Part shown: one piece after another, positions 28,971 through 40,404 of the stretch
How positions within the stretch are numbered: the first letter of the stretch is position 1
Layout: each line of letters begins with the position of its first letter
DNA from: Clostridiales bacterium
GTDB lineage: Bacteria; Bacillota; Clostridia; Oscillospirales; CAG-272
DNA length: 64,000 nt
Direction of reading: 5' to 3'
Assembly: GCA_003522145.1 (NCBI GenBank)
Contig: DPGD01000024.1
Location: 14,646 to 78,645 of the forward strand
Program-made: the position numbers and the translations under genes
The notes under the pieces: model-generated
The model's database searches: none
What the model was told of the DNA's origin: nothing
The model's input: only the letters and a program-made list of their open reading frames with translations

Positions 28971-31900
28971 ATGACAAGTTTAAAAAAGGCATTGATCCAT
29001 GCGGCGTCACTTCTGTTGACGACAATGCTTCTTCTTCCGGAAGGTGCAATGCTCCTTCCCGCTTTTGCAGAAGGATCAGACAGCCGCGCCACAAACGAGA
29101 CCCTGTTTGAAACATCGTTTGAAGAAAACGCTGTAGGGGCCTTTCTGCCCTCCAAAACAGAAGAAGGATCGGTATCCGGCGTTGTGATGGGCGAAAGCCC
29201 GATGGGCGGCGGCCCCGGCATCCCGATACTGTATGAAAGCCTTGAGGGCTCTCCCGATTATGTCAGCAGTGAAAACAAATTCAATCTGTTTGACGGAAAG
29301 AACAGCACCAAGTATATCTCAAGCGGCGCAGACATTTATGTCAGTTTTTCAACCGAAAAGTCGGTAGTGATCGACCGCTATGAAGTCTCTTCGGCAAATG
29401 ACTATCCGGGAAGAGACCCCAAGTCGTGGACGCTCTATGGCTCAAGCGACGGTAAGACATGGCAAAAGATCGACGCGCAAAGCGGGATAACCTTCCCCAC
29501 CCGTATGACCACCAAGAGCTTTGAAATCGGTAACACCGTGTCCTACAAGTGGTATAAATTCCATGTCACTGCCAACGGCGGTGAGTCGCTGACTCAATTT
29601 TCCGGTCTTGCCCTTTACGAAAAGGGTGATAGCTCTGACGAAGAGAAAGTAGATCTTGGAACACCGTATGAATTTGACCTTCCCACTATCCGATCCTCCG
29701 GAACCCTTTCCGGCGGCGAAGGCGTTTTAAATGCATTTGATGGCAATGTCGACAGCAAGGCTTGTATCGTCAACACCAGCACCTTGTGGATTTCCGGGAA
29801 GCTGAAGACACCTGCGGCGATCAATATGTACCGCATCGTATCGGCAAACGACCATGATCCGAGAGACCCTAAGGATTGGAATTTCTACGGCTCGCATGAC
29901 GGAGTAACATGGACGATGCTCGATACCCGCAAGGAAGCCGATCTGCCGGACAGAAATACGGGCTATTCCTTCTATTTTGACAATACCACCGTATACGAAT
30001 ACTACAAGCTGGACATCACCGCCAACAACGGCAAGGATTCTGTCGGTCTTAATGTCGTACAGTTTGCGGAGCTACAGCTCTATGTCGGTGAAAAGCAGGA
30101 TGTTTCCGACACCGCCGGTCCCGGTATGAAGACGGAGATCGCCTTCGGTCCGATTTCAACCGAGTGCAACCAGCCCGGTGCATGGAGCGGCAGGGCTTGT
30201 CTTGGAATCTACGGTGTGCAGACCCAGAAAGAGGATACCCACGCAAAGAGCGTGATCTTTGAGGGTCTTTCCATCAAGGTAGGAGAAGACACCACGCTCA
30301 GCTATGTTGTTTTCCCGGGACTCTATAACATCAATCAGTATGATTATGAATACACATCCTGCAGGGTGATCATCGACCTGAAATTCACCGATGGCAGTTA
30401 CCTTTCCGATCTCACGGTAAAGGATCAGAACGGTTCTGTGCTTACCCCTGCCGGACAGGTGGCGGGCGAATGTCTGTACACCGCACAGTGGAACTATGTC
30501 GAAGCCAACATCGGTGCGGCAAAGGGCAAGACTATTGAAAAGATCCTTGTTTATTTTGAGATGGACAAAGCGGAGGATGCCTCTAAATTCGTCACCTTCT
30601 TTGATGATATCAAGATCGAAAATAAGGTGGAAGAAAAGTACGAGCATCTTTCCGAGTACATCAACATTTTAAGAGGAACCAACAACAATATTGCCTTCTC
30701 AAGAGGAATGTGCACACCCGGTGTAACCGTTCCCAATGGTTTTAACTTCGTCACTCCCGTGACCGATCCTGAGGCCCCCACCCTGCCTTACACCTATCAG
30801 CAGAACGGGGACGGCAATCCGATCGACTCCTTCTCGGTCATTCATGCCCCCAACTTCTGGATCGGAAGTTACGGTTCCTTCCAGTTCATGCCAAACAGCT
30901 CGGTGAACACCCGGAACAGCACTCAAAACATCAGCGAAAGTGCTCTATCCACGAAAAACCGTGAATCGAATTTCAGTCACGACAACGAGACGGCAAACGC
31001 CCACTATTACAGTGTGGTGTTTGACGAAGGCAGCCCGGCATCTAAGGTGAAGGTGGAGATCACACCCACTTCCCACGCCTTCTATGTACGCTTCACCTTT
31101 CCGGATGATGCGGCAAACACCAATGTGATCTTCGACAATCTTTGGTCCTCCGGCACCCTTAAATTCGACGATGAGGGCAAAACCTTCCAAGCGACTACCA
31201 ACCACGGCAAAAAGATGCTCGTTTACGGTGTCTTTGATCAAAATCCCGCTTCTGCCACGGTGATCGGAGGAAAACAGGGAATCGTTTTCTTCCCGCAGGG
31301 CACTCGTGTGGTGACCATGAAGGTTGCAACTTCCTTCCTCTCTTCCGCCCAGGCCAAACACAATCTTGAGCTTGAGATCGGAAGCGCCGGCTTTGATGCC
31401 ATTTATAAGAGCGCACGCACTGCGTGGGATGATGTTTGCGGCATCTTTGAGATCGAGGGTGCAAGCTATACAGAACTGGTTTCCTTCTACTCCTCGCTTT
31501 ACAGAATGTACGCATATCCCAGCCTGTATTCCGAAAATGAAGGAACGAATGAAGATCCGATATGGGTATACGGTTCTCCCTACAAAAGCGGTATAAAAAC
31601 CGGTGGCATGATGTACACAAACAACGGCTTCTGGGACACCTATCGCACCGCATGGGCCGGCTATGCCCTCTTCACTCCCGAACGGGATACGGATTACTTA
31701 AACGGTATGGTGCAGCACTATATCGAAACCGGATGGATGCCCAGATGGCTTGGTCCGGGGGCAGTAAACTGCATGGTCGGCACCTCCAGTGATACCATCT
31801 TTGCGGATGCCTATCTGAAAGGAGTAAAGTTCAATTATGAAGCGGCCTGGGAATCGATGCTAAAGAATGCCTCTTCCTATTCCTCCAACATGACCTCCGG

Positions 31901-33578
31901 CGGCAGAAAGGAAAACCACACCGCTCCCTATTACGGTTACATTGCCAATAATGATCCTGTTGACGGCTCGTTCGTGCAGGAAGCATATTCCAGCTCGATT
32001 GAAGGATACATCAACGACTACGGCCTTTACAGAATGGCGGAGGCGATGGGAATGACCGATGAAGCGGAGTACTACTTTAACCGCTGCATCAGCTATATCC
32101 ATCTGTTCAACAAGGATGCCGACTTCTTTATGGGCAAGTCTACGACGGGCATCTTCTCCAGCACTGCTTCCGGCTATAATCCTGCAAAATGGAATGGCGA
32201 TATGTACGACTACACCGAATCGGTCGGTTGGGTCAATGCATTCCCGGCGGTATTTGACGGAGAAGGACTTACTGCTCTTTACGGCGGTGAGGAAGCGCTG
32301 ACCAGGAAGTTGGATGCCCTCTTTGATGACAGCATAACTGCCATGAAAAATGTGGTGGAGCTTGCTTCCGTTCACCATGAGATCAGTGAGTTCAAGGAAG
32401 TCAAGATGGGACAGTATATGCACAACAACCAGCCTTCCCATCATGTTATTTTCACCTATGCATTCTCTTCCACACCCTACAAGGTGCAGGAATACACCCG
32501 GGAGGTACTCCGCCATGTCTATGTCGGTTCTGAGATCGGACAGGGCTATCCGGGCGATGAGGATAACGGCGAAATGTCTGCCTGGTATGTCTTTAATGCC
32601 CTTGGTTTCTATCCTTACAGCTCCGGGTCGGGCGAGTATGTCATCGGCTCTCCCCTCTTTAAAAAGGTGACCGTTCATCTTGAAAACGGAAATGATATTG
32701 TGATCGTTGCCAACAACAATTCTCAGGAAAATGTATACATTCAGTCCGCAACGCTGAACGGAGAGAGCTTTAACAAGATGTTTTTAACGCACGAGCAGCT
32801 GACAAGCGGCTGTGAGATTGTTTTTGAAATGGGATCGGAACCCTCCGCCTGGGGCTCTGACGAGGACAGCGAGCCAACCTCGCTCACCGTTGCCGGAGCC
32901 GCACCGAATGCGCCTGGACAAGACCTCCTGGTTTCTGCGAAGGTGGAAACAGCCATTGCAGACAGCGCAAAGCTGTTTGACAACAACAGCTTGACCTCTG
33001 CTACTGTTACAAAGGGGGACATCATCACGCTGGATGCGGGCGCAGGAAAGGTTTCCATACTCACCATCACTTCTGCAAGCAAAAAGAATGCACCCACCGC
33101 CTTCACTCTTGAAGTTTCAAATGACAAAGAAACCTGGGTCAGCGTGCGCAGTGAAACCGATGAGTCCTGGCAGTTCAACAACTATATCAGACCGTTCGCC
33201 ATCCCGGAAAGTATGCGCGGAAACTACCGCTACTACCGTTTGACCTTTGATGCGGCAGGAACTGTCGCAGAGGTCGAGTTGCTCGGCAGTGCCGGTGAGG
33301 GTAGTCTTGATGCGCTTCCTTCTGAAGAAACGGATACCTCCACCGAGCCGCCTTCCGAGAGTCCGAGCGAAGGCCCTTCTCTACAGACCAGTGAAAGCCC
33401 TGCGGACACTTCAAGCGAAGCTCCGGGCATTGATCCCGGCAGCGAACCCTCTGAGCCGACAGATCATCGTCCGGAGGATGGGAAGGATAACAGCGTTTTG
33501 TATATCGTTATTGCGGCGATTGCCGTCGCTGTGATCGCTACGGCGGTACTCTTCATCATCCTGCGCAAAAAGAAGTAA
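28971..33578 (+). CDS. Secreted, membrane-anchored GH92-family alpha-mannosidase with multiple F5/8 type C (discoidin/CBM32-like) domains
   Basis: 1535 aa with a signal peptide and two N-terminal discoidin-like repeats (FDGKNSTKYIS...WTLYGSSDGKTW / FDGNVDSKACI...WNFYGSHDGVTW). GH92 hallmarks: NNQPSHHVIFTYAF and GYPGDEDNGEMSAWYVFNALGFYP. A further discoidin-like domain, an S/E/P-rich linker and a C-terminal TM helix + RKKK follow. Confidence 0.88.
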   Translation: MTSLKKALIHAASLLLTTMLLLPEGAMLLPAFAEGSDSRATNETLFETSFEENAVGAFLPSKTEEGSVSGVVMGESPMGGGPGIPILYESLEGSPDYVSSENKFNLFDGKNSTKYISSGADIYVSFSTEKSVVIDRYEVSSANDYPGRDPKSWTLYGSSDGKTWQKIDAQSGITFPTRMTTKSFEIGNTVSYKWYKFHVTANGGESLTQFSGLALYEKGDSSDEEKVDLGTPYEFDLPTIRSSGTLSGGEGVLNAFDGNVDSKACIVNTSTLWISGKLKTPAAINMYRIVSANDHDPRDPKDWNFYGSHDGVTWTMLDTRKEADLPDRNTGYSFYFDNTTVYEYYKLDITANNGKDSVGLNVVQFAELQLYVGEKQDVSDTAGPGMKTEIAFGPISTECNQPGAWSGRACLGIYGVQTQKEDTHAKSVIFEGLSIKVGEDTTLSYVVFPGLYNINQYDYEYTSCRVIIDLKFTDGSYLSDLTVKDQNGSVLTPAGQVAGECLYTAQWNYVEANIGAAKGKTIEKILVYFEMDKAEDASKFVTFFDDIKIENKVEEKYEHLSEYINILRGTNNNIAFSRGMCTPGVTVPNGFNFVTPVTDPEAPTLPYTYQQNGDGNPIDSFSVIHAPNFWIGSYGSFQFMPNSSVNTRNSTQNISESALSTKNRESNFSHDNETANAHYYSVVFDEGSPASKVKVEITPTSHAFYVRFTFPDDAANTNVIFDNLWSSGTLKFDDEGKTFQATTNHGKKMLVYGVFDQNPASATVIGGKQGIVFFPQGTRVVTMKVATSFLSSAQAKHNLELEIGSAGFDAIYKSARTAWDDVCGIFEIEGASYTELVSFYSSLYRMYAYPSLYSENEGTNEDPIWVYGSPYKSGIKTGGMMYTNNGFWDTYRTAWAGYALFTPERDTDYLNGMVQHYIETGWMPRWLGPGAVNCMVGTSSDTIFADAYLKGVKFNYEAAWESMLKNASSYSSNMTSGGRKENHTAPYYGYIANNDPVDGSFVQEAYSSSIEGYINDYGLYRMAEAMGMTDEAEYYFNRCISYIHLFNKDADFFMGKSTTGIFSSTASGYNPAKWNGDMYDYTESVGWVNAFPAVFDGEGLTALYGGEEALTRKLDALFDDSITAMKNVVELASVHHEISEFKEVKMGQYMHNNQPSHHVIFTYAFSSTPYKVQEYTREVLRHVYVGSEIGQGYPGDEDNGEMSAWYVFNALGFYPYSSGSGEYVIGSPLFKKVTVHLENGNDIVIVANNNSQENVYIQSATLNGESFNKMFLTHEQLTSGCEIVFEMGSEPSAWGSDEDSEPTSLTVAGAAPNAPGQDLLVSAKVETAIADSAKLFDNNSLTSATVTKGDIITLDAGAGKVSILTITSASKKNAPTAFTLEVSNDKETWVSVRSETDESWQFNNYIRPFAIPESMRGNYRYYRLTFDAAGTVAEVELLGSAGEGSLDALPSEETDTSTEPPSESPSEGPSLQTSESPADTSSEAPGIDPGSEPSEPTDHRPEDGKDNSVLYIVIAAIAVAVIATAVLFIILRKKK

Positions 33579-33767
33579 CTGCCAAACAATCAAAACTGCG
33601 GTTGGCATTTTTGACCGCAGTTTTGAGATAACAAAAGAATTTGGACTACAACTTTTTCAAACCGTGTTTTGCGAACCGTTTTCCGCTGTGCATCCATTTT
33701 CAGCGAAAGCCACTCATCATCCGATAAGAAAGGAAGTTTTTCTAATCAAAACGAAGGGCATAAAACT

Positions 33768-35366
33768 ATGAAAAACAAAGCAATTTCCGCACTGCTGTTC
33801 GGGGCGCTGTTATTCCCCTGCTTTTTGTTCGCCGGTTGTAACGAACAACCGAAGGAAACAACCAAGAATACTCCGTCGGAAAGCGTTCTCGTGGAGAGTC
33901 AAACACCGTCCGTGATCGGCACGGAAAGCACGGCATCATCCGATGAGACGCCGGATCCGACAACTTCTCCCTCAGAGGAAAGTGCTTCTCCCTCAGAGGA
34001 AAGTACAAGTGAACCTGAAAAAAGTGAATACCGAGTGTTGCTGGCAAGCGACATTCACAACAACAATCAACTGAATTGGTATGGGGTCTCTAACGAGAAA
34101 AGAATGGAGATGTTCGTTTCCGCCGTCAATGCAGAACATGAAAAGCAACCCTTTGATCTGATCCTGCTTTTGGGTGACTACTCGCTCGACTTCTGGGTAC
34201 ACGGCGGCTCGGTGCTCAATAACGGCCAAAGCAACACCGAGGATCTCATGAAAAATATCGCCTCGAAATTTCCGGCAGATGTCCCGGTCTTCTATCTGCC
34301 GGGGAACCACGAGCAGTATGGAAACGAAGCATGGAAAAAGATTACCGGCAATGACCGTTTCGGCACGGTAGTACTGGGAGACAATGTCTTTGTGATGCTG
34401 GATACCTTTGCGGGGAATCTTGATCCGACGGGCAATTCGGACGGAACATACACCGGCATTGATATGGCGTATCTTGAAGAACAATTTGATTCCTATCCCA
34501 ATGCAAACTTCTACATCTGTGCCCATTACATCAACCAAAACAGCGAGATGGCAAAGCTGCAAAAACTTACCGCCGAGCATGACAACATCGTCGGCTTTTT
34601 CATGGGACACGACCACAAAACAACGGTCATACAGCTTGGAAACAGCTGTCAGAACAAGACCATCGCACAGCTCGGTAACTTTGCCTATGGCAAGGGCGGA
34701 AGCAGCGATACGGAAAATTACTATTGGGGCTTCAGAGATCTTGTAATTACTCCGGATCGTGCTGTCAGCCGTTATATCGTTGCGGAAAGCGATGCAGTAA
34801 TCAACGGCAGTGCGGTGTACCGCACCAGAAGATTAATCTCTCAGCTGGAATATTACCCAAATGCAGGGCTTTTAGAAGATGAACCCGATCTCACGCCCAA
34901 ACCTCCGGTTGAGCCTTCTCTCGGAATTGACAAGCTCAATACCGTTCTTACAGAGTTGAAAAAGGAAAACGCTGCCGTTCCGGAGAGCGGCACCACCGTA
35001 TTATTCACAAATGCGCTCAGCGATTGCTATGATATTCGTTCCGCAACGGCGCTGAAATTTGATGTGACCTTCCATGCCGATGCGGATCTCACGCTGATTT
35101 CGGGGGTGTCGCAGTTTGAAATTACATCCTCCGGCAAATGCGATCTGGACGAATCGAACTGGGACGCTGCCGCGGCGTTTAAGGCACTCGGAAGCGTTAC
35201 CGCAGGGCAGAAGGTGACAATCACACTCCACATTTCCGACCTTAAGCCGGAAACGAAAGCAGGATCGCAAGAACTGGATCTTGAAAGGGTCAACTTCCTG
35301 CGTTGGTACTTCAAAAATGCAGGTGTAGCGATCATTTTTACGGCGGACAATTTCAGGTTTGAATAA
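33768..35366 (+). CDS. Lipoprotein metallophosphoesterase (calcineurin-like) with unknown C-terminal domain
   Basis: ATG 33768 gives MKNKAISALLFGALLFPCFLFAGC (lipobox). S/E/P-rich linker; phosphoesterase motifs LLASDIHN, LLLGDYSLD, LPGNHE, GHDH. Confidence 0.8.
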   Translation: MKNKAISALLFGALLFPCFLFAGCNEQPKETTKNTPSESVLVESQTPSVIGTESTASSDETPDPTTSPSEESASPSEESTSEPEKSEYRVLLASDIHNNNQLNWYGVSNEKRMEMFVSAVNAEHEKQPFDLILLLGDYSLDFWVHGGSVLNNGQSNTEDLMKNIASKFPADVPVFYLPGNHEQYGNEAWKKITGNDRFGTVVLGDNVFVMLDTFAGNLDPTGNSDGTYTGIDMAYLEEQFDSYPNANFYICAHYINQNSEMAKLQKLTAEHDNIVGFFMGHDHKTTVIQLGNSCQNKTIAQLGNFAYGKGGSSDTENYYWGFRDLVITPDRAVSRYIVAESDAVINGSAVYRTRRLISQLEYYPNAGLLEDEPDLTPKPPVEPSLGIDKLNTVLTELKKENAAVPESGTTVLFTNALSDCYDIRSATALKFDVTFHADADLTLISGVSQFEITSSGKCDLDESNWDAAAAFKALGSVTAGQKVTITLHISDLKPETKAGSQELDLERVNFLRWYFKNAGVAIIFTADNFRFE

Positions 35367-35392
35367 AAAATCTGTCACGGGCAGACAGATAG

Positions 35393-35441
35393 AAAAAAGC
35401 GGTTGATCCTTGCCGAAAGGTTTGGAACAACCGCTTTTTTG
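35393..35441 (+). terminator. Rho-independent terminator (bidirectional shape)
   Basis: AAAAAAGCGGTTG-22 nt-CAACCGCTTTTTT. Confidence 0.65.
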
Positions 35442-35478
35442 CCATGGATTGCATAATTAAATATTTAAATTAAATATT

Positions 35479-35517
35479 CAAAAAGGCAGATGCCCGGCGT
35501 TTTCCGGGTATCTGCCT
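35479..35517 (-). terminator. Rho-independent terminator of the infB operon
   Basis: - strand AGGCAGATACCCGG-AAAACG-CCGGGCATCTGCCT followed by TTTTT. Confidence 0.8.
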
Positions 35518-35533
35518 TTCTACTCTGCCCTGT

Positions 35534-38188
35534 TTATACTTCTCTCTTCACTTCCACCATTTCGTAGGCTTCCAGAATATCGCCTATCTTGATGTCATTG
35601 AATTTTTCGATGCCGATGCCGCACTCATATCCGGCGGCAACCTCCTTCACATCGTCCTTGAACCGGCGCAGAGAAGAAATCTTATCCTCGAAAATCACGA
35701 TGCCATCCCGCACGATCCGAATCTGAGCCTTTCTGGTAACCTTACCGTCCTGCACATAGCATCCGGCAATGGTGCCCACATTGGGTACATGAATGGTCTG
35801 CCGCACCTCGGCGTGTCCTTCCAATTCTTCCCGGAAGGTAGGTGCCAGCATGCCCGCCATGGCCGCCTTGATTTCGTCAATGCACTCATAGATGATCCGG
35901 TAGGTCCGGATGTCCACCGACTGACGCTTTGCCGAATCGATCGCCGTTTTATCCGGACGGACATTAAAGCCCACGATGATGGCATTGGAAGCCGCCGCCA
36001 GCATCACATCGCCCTCGGTAATGCCGCCGACAGCCGAGTGAATGACCCGCACCTTGACTTCCTCGTTGGACAGCTTCTCCAGACTTGCCTTCACCGCCTC
36101 CGCAGAACCGCCCACATCGGCTTTCACAATGATATTCAGTTCCTTGGCTCCGGCCGAAATCTGATTGAACAGGTCGTCCAAGGATACCTTGGCGGTGGAT
36201 TTGTACAGATCTTCCTTTTGTCTGGTCTTGCGCTGTTCGGCCAGTTCTCTTGCCATCCGCTCATCTTCCACGGCGTTGAATTCATCCCCCGCCTGGGGCA
36301 CATCGGCCAGTCCCGTGATCTCTACAGGCACCGAGGGGCCGGCAGTTCTGACCACCTTTCCCCGCTCGTCGGTCATGGCACGCACTCTGCCTACAGTGGT
36401 TCCGGCAATCACAATATCCCCGCTGTGCAGGGTTCCGTTCTGCACCAGCACCGTGGCCACCGGCCCTCTTCCCTTATCCAGCTTCGCTTCGATCACCAAG
36501 CCGGAGGCACGCCGGTCCGGATTGGCCTTCAACTGCTTCACTTCAGCGACCAGCAACACATTTTCAAGAAGCTCGTCAATGCCCGCTCCGGTCAGTGCCG
36601 AAACCGGCACACAGATCACATCTCCGCCCCATTCCTCGGGCACCAGTCCGTACTGGGTCAATCCCTGCTTTACCTGATCCGGATTGGCATGCGGCTTATC
36701 CATTTTGTTGATGGCCACAATGATGTCGATATTGGCCGCCTTGGCATGATTGATGGCCTCCACGGTCTGAGGCATGATGCCGTCATCCGCCGCCACCACC
36801 AGAATGGCAATATCGGTAGACTTGGCACCTCTGGCACGCATGGCAGTAAAGGCCTCGTGTCCGGGGGTATCCAAAAAGGTGATGTCCTTTCCCTGAACCT
36901 GCACTCTGTAAGCACCGATATGCTGCGTGATGCCGCCGGCTTCCCCGGCAGTGACCTTGGTGTGCCGGATGGCATCCAAAAGCGAGGTCTTGCCATGGTC
37001 CACATGACCCATAACGCAAACCACCGGTGCCCGCTCCTTCAGACTTTCTTCGGAATCCGCTTCCTCTTCAAAGAGCCGGTCTTCAATGGTGACCACCACT
37101 TCCTTTTGTACCTTCACACCGAATTCATCGGCAATCAAATAGGCAGTGTCGTAGTCAATGGTTGCATTGACACCCACCATCATTCCCATGGCGAAGAGCT
37201 TCTTCACCACTTCAGCGGCGGTTCTCTTCATTTTGGAGGCCAGATCGCTGACCACAATCTCGTCTCCGATGGTAATTTCCAACTGCTTTTTCGGGGCGTC
37301 CTTGGCCTTTTGCTGTTGATGGCGAAACCGATCCAACTGGTTATTCTGGTTCTGATTTTTGCCGTTCTTTCCGCCCTTGTTGCCTTCCAACTGGCTGTTT
37401 TTGTTCTGCTTCTTCAGCTTCTGAGTACCGCCCGCAAAGGCCTTTTTGGAGGTATCCACAAAGCCTTCCAGCTTTTCGTCATATTTGGACAGGTCCACAT
37501 TTCCGGAGCTTCTGGTGTCCACGACCCTGGTGCCGGCCACACGGGAGGACTTTTCGTCCAGCGTGGTGACTGTGGTCATCGGCTGATCGTTGTGCAGTCC
37601 GGTCTTGGGTACAAACACCTTCTGGCTCTGCTTTTCCTGCTGTTTTTCCTGCTGTTTCTTCTGCCGTTCCTGCTGTTTCTGAACCTGAAGCTCCATCTGC
37701 TTCTGCAAAGCGTCCTTGAAACGGGCCTGCTTTTCGGCGGCGATTTCCGCTTTGCTCTTCTGCACGGGGGCAGGTGCCGGTTTGGGCGCTTTCTTTTCTT
37801 CCTTGGGAGCCGATGCTTTCTTTTCTTCTGTCGGAGTCTCTTTCGGAGTTGCAACGGATGCCTTTTCAGCCGCCTTGGCTTCTTCCTTGGGCTTCTCTTC
37901 TTTCGGTTTTTCCGCTTTCTGCTTTTCCTCTTCGGGCTTTTCTTCCTTCGGCTTTTTCTCTTCCGTCCGGATATAACTCTCGCCCATCAGATATGCTCCC
38001 ATATCGGAAATCTGATTGTCGCCGGTCAAGACCGTTAGAAGTGCGTCAAATTCTTCGCTTTCCAAGGTCGCCATATTGCTTTTGTCCTTCAGACCGGCCT
38101 TCTCGGTATAGACGGCAAAATCCTTCGGCTTCATTCCGAAATCCTTTGAAAGACTGTTGATTTTGTATTTGTATTTATTGGTTACCAT
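35534..38188 (-). CDS. infB: Translation initiation factor IF-2
   Basis: 884 aa. K/E/P-rich N-terminus; GTPase core [17 protein letters not shown]...DTPGHEAF...NKMDK; conserved C-terminal domains. Confidence 0.97.
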   Translation of the reverse strand: MVTNKYKYKINSLSKDFGMKPKDFAVYTEKAGLKDKSNMATLESEEFDALLTVLTGDNQISDMGAYLMGESYIRTEEKKPKEEKPEEEKQKAEKPKEEKPKEEAKAAEKASVATPKETPTEEKKASAPKEEKKAPKPAPAPVQKSKAEIAAEKQARFKDALQKQMELQVQKQQERQKKQQEKQQEKQSQKVFVPKTGLHNDQPMTTVTTLDEKSSRVAGTRVVDTRSSGNVDLSKYDEKLEGFVDTSKKAFAGGTQKLKKQNKNSQLEGNKGGKNGKNQNQNNQLDRFRHQQQKAKDAPKKQLEITIGDEIVVSDLASKMKRTAAEVVKKLFAMGMMVGVNATIDYDTAYLIADEFGVKVQKEVVVTIEDRLFEEEADSEESLKERAPVVCVMGHVDHGKTSLLDAIRHTKVTAGEAGGITQHIGAYRVQVQGKDITFLDTPGHEAFTAMRARGAKSTDIAILVVAADDGIMPQTVEAINHAKAANIDIIVAINKMDKPHANPDQVKQGLTQYGLVPEEWGGDVICVPVSALTGAGIDELLENVLLVAEVKQLKANPDRRASGLVIEAKLDKGRGPVATVLVQNGTLHSGDIVIAGTTVGRVRAMTDERGKVVRTAGPSVPVEITGLADVPQAGDEFNAVEDERMARELAEQRKTRQKEDLYKSTAKVSLDDLFNQISAGAKELNIIVKADVGGSAEAVKASLEKLSNEEVKVRVIHSAVGGITEGDVMLAAASNAIIVGFNVRPDKTAIDSAKRQSVDIRTYRIIYECIDEIKAAMAGMLAPTFREELEGHAEVRQTIHVPNVGTIAGCYVQDGKVTRKAQIRIVRDGIVIFEDKISSLRRFKDDVKEVAAGYECGIGIEKFNDIKIGDILEAYEMVEVKREV

Positions 38189-38196
38189 ATGTTGCC

Positions 38197-38514
38197 CTAC
38201 CCTTTCTTCTGATTGAGAATAGCTTTTGCAAAGCCCTCATCGCATACACCCACTACTGCCACTTCTCCGCTTTTTCCAAGCAGGTGCCCCAATTCCGCAC
38301 CCGTCATGGAAAGGCGTTCCGTATCGAGTTCGTAATACCTGCAGCAGTCGGTGATTCTCTTTACGGTGTTTTCCGAAGCATCCTGCGCAATCAGCACCAG
38401 ATACGGCGACTTTTTTCCGCTCCGGATCGCCTCTATTGTCAACTCCGTGCCGATGACCGTTCTGCCTGCCTTCCGGCAAATGCCCAATAATCCGCTGATT
38501 TTACTCTGTTCCAT
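38197..38514 (-). CDS. ylxQ: L7Ae/L30e-family RNA-binding protein (YlxQ-like)
   Basis: 105 aa. [41 protein letters not shown]. Canonical position between ylxR and infB. Confidence 0.8.
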   Translation of the reverse strand: MEQSKISGLLGICRKAGRTVIGTELTIEAIRSGKKSPYLVLIAQDASENTVKRITDCCRYYELDTERLSMTGAELGHLLGKSGEVAVVGVCDEGFAKAILNQKKG

Positions 38515-38779
38515 GTTCTTCCAGTTCTGTTGCGAGTACCCGCAAAAGCTCCTCCGGAATCGTGCAATTCAGATTGTTTTCCAGTCGCTTTGCCTTAACT
38601 GCCTTCCGGAAGCACTCCGCATTCCGGCAGATATATGCTCCTCTTCCTGCCTTCTTGCCCGTGAAATCCAGACTTACAAGCCCGTTTTGATCCCGAACCA
38701 CCCGTATCAGTTCCTTTTTCGGAAATCCCTTTCCGCAACCGACACAGCGTCTTTCGGGAATTTTTTTTACCGTTGCCAC
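38501..38779 (-). CDS. ylxR: YlxR/RnpM (DUF448) protein
   Basis: 92 aa. [21 protein letters not shown]...GRGAYIC. Confidence 0.85.
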   Translation of the reverse strand: MATVKKIPERRCVGCGKGFPKKELIRVVRDQNGLVSLDFTGKKAGRGAYICRNAECFRKAVKAKRLENNLNCTIPEELLRVLATELEEHGTE

Positions 38780-38815
38780 AGAACCTCTCCTCCTTTCAAA
38801 TCAGCGTTTTCTCAA

Positions 38816-39847
38816 TCAAAGCCGATCCGTCTTGATGTCGATGCGAAACCCGGTCAGCCGTGCCGCCAATCTGGCATTTTGTCCTTCCTTGCCAATGGCA
38901 AGGGAGAGCTGATCCGGCGCCACCACCACCCGACAGCTCCGCTCTCCGTCGAGAATGACCTCGTCCACAGTGGCGGGGGACAAGGCCGCACGGACAAATT
39001 CTGCCGGGTCCTCGCTGTATTTGATCACATCGATCTTTTCGTTGCCCAATTCGGACATGATGTTGTTGATCCGTATGCCCTTGGAGCCAATGCAGGAGCC
39101 GATGGGATCTACCCCCTCCTCCCGGCTCATCACGGCGATCTTGGTCCGGTATCCGGCTTCTCTGGTGACACCCTTGATGACTACGGAGCCATCGGCAATT
39201 TCGGGAATCTCCAGTTCAAAGAGCCGTTTGACAAAGTTGGGGTGAATCCGGCTCAGAGTCACCAAAGGCCCTCTGCTTTCCTTGCGCACCTCGGTGATAA
39301 AGACTTTCACATGATCGCCCACATCAAAATTGTCGCTGTACAGCATCTCCTTCTTCAGAAGAGTGGCGTAGCCCGTACCGGTATCCACCACCGCATTTCC
39401 GGTAGTCGGATCGATTTTCTGCACGGTCACCGAGATAATATCCTCTTTTTTGTCCTCATACTGCTGAATCATGATGCCCCGCTCGGCCTCTCGGATGCCC
39501 TGAATGATCACCTGCTTTGCAATCTGTGCGGGAATCCTGCCAAAGTTTTTGGTCTTCATCTCAATCTCCAGCAGATCGCCCACATTCAGATGCCGTCTTG
39601 TATGCTTCTTTGCTTCCTCCATGGTGAATTCGGAAACCGGATCGGTAACCTCCTCCACCACCGTCATCTGACGGTACACATGGAATGCTCCCTTTTCTCG
39701 GTCAATGGCCACCCGCACATTGTTGCCGCCCACTTCCTTCTTCACGGCACTCAGCAGTGCTGCTTCCACCTTTTCCAGCATGTACTCCTTGGGAATGCCT
39801 TTCTGTCTTTCCAGATCCTCCAAAGCAGAAATTACTTCGTTGCTCAT
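38816..39847 (-). CDS. nusA: Transcription termination/antitermination factor NusA
   Basis: 343 aa. S1 and KH domains; [23 protein letters not shown]...[23 protein letters not shown]. Confidence 0.96.
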   Translation of the reverse strand: MSNEVISALEDLERQKGIPKEYMLEKVEAALLSAVKKEVGGNNVRVAIDREKGAFHVYRQMTVVEEVTDPVSEFTMEEAKKHTRRHLNVGDLLEIEMKTKNFGRIPAQIAKQVIIQGIREAERGIMIQQYEDKKEDIISVTVQKIDPTTGNAVVDTGTGYATLLKKEMLYSDNFDVGDHVKVFITEVRKESRGPLVTLSRIHPNFVKRLFELEIPEIADGSVVIKGVTREAGYRTKIAVMSREEGVDPIGSCIGSKGIRINNIMSELGNEKIDVIKYSEDPAEFVRAALSPATVDEVILDGERSCRVVVAPDQLSLAIGKEGQNARLAARLTGFRIDIKTDRL

Positions 39848-39864
39848 TTCTTATTTCCTTTCTT

Positions 39865-40404
39865 TCACTTAACTTTCCGATTCTCTTCCTTTTCAGACAG
39901 ATCCGCCGGTTCTTGTTCCTCTGAATCCATTCCGTCAAAATCAAAATAGATATTCGCTCTTGAAATTTTCTTCTTCTCGATGGCAAGCTCTCTGTTCTCC
40001 GCCTCCAAATGTACCGTGCCGTCTTCCTCCGCCGAGATCAGTCTGCCCTTCCATTCTTTTCTTCCCTCCACCGGGGTGAAAAGCTTCAGCACAATTTCTT
40101 CCCCCAGGGACTTTTGAAAATGCTCCGGCGTGCGCAGTTCCCGTTCCAGTCCGGGAGAGGAGACCTCCAGATGGTATGCCCCTTCCACCGGGTCCAGCTC
40201 GGTGATGATGGGGTCTACCAACCGCATCACCTTTTCGCAGTCGTCTAAGTCCACGCCCTTTTCACTGTCGATCGTTATGCGCAAGTACCATTCGCTGCCC
40301 TCTTTTACATAGTCTAAATCCCAGATGGAATACCCCAGTGCCTCCACCGGTTCCCTGACGGCCTTGTACACCGCCGCCGCTACGCTTTTCTGTTCTGTAG
40401 CCAT
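39865..40404 (-). CDS. rimP: Ribosome maturation factor RimP
   Basis: ATG 40404 (MATEQKS...); the track ORF opens at 40476. LRITIDSEKGVDLDDCEKVMRLVDPIITELDPVEGAYHLEVSSPGLERELR. Acidic C-terminal tail. Confidence 0.88.
   Translation of the reverse strand: MATEQKSVAAAVYKAVREPVEALGYSIWDLDYVKEGSEWYLRITIDSEKGVDLDDCEKVMRLVDPIITELDPVEGAYHLEVSSPGLERELRTPEHFQKSLGEEIVLKLFTPVEGRKEWKGRLISAEEDGTVHLEAENRELAIEKKKISRANIYFDFDGMDSEEQEPADLSEKEENRKVK

Noticed and set aside
35789-38038. 749-aa ORF on the + strand opposite infB. Similar long antisense ORFs occur at 38351-39949 (opposite nusA), 49133-50833 (opposite the M23 peptidase), 41050-42009 (opposite lepB), 62642-63614 (opposite rsmH/mraZ), 19838-20734 (opposite hisIE), 24806-25507 (opposite hisD) and 57559-58491 (opposite murE).
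   Set aside because: Each one overlaps a confidently identified housekeeping gene on the other strand. The translations are low-complexity (R/G/H/L/F-rich) with no recognisable motifs, RBS or sensible start. This is the usual shadow-ORF behaviour in GC-biased coding DNA.
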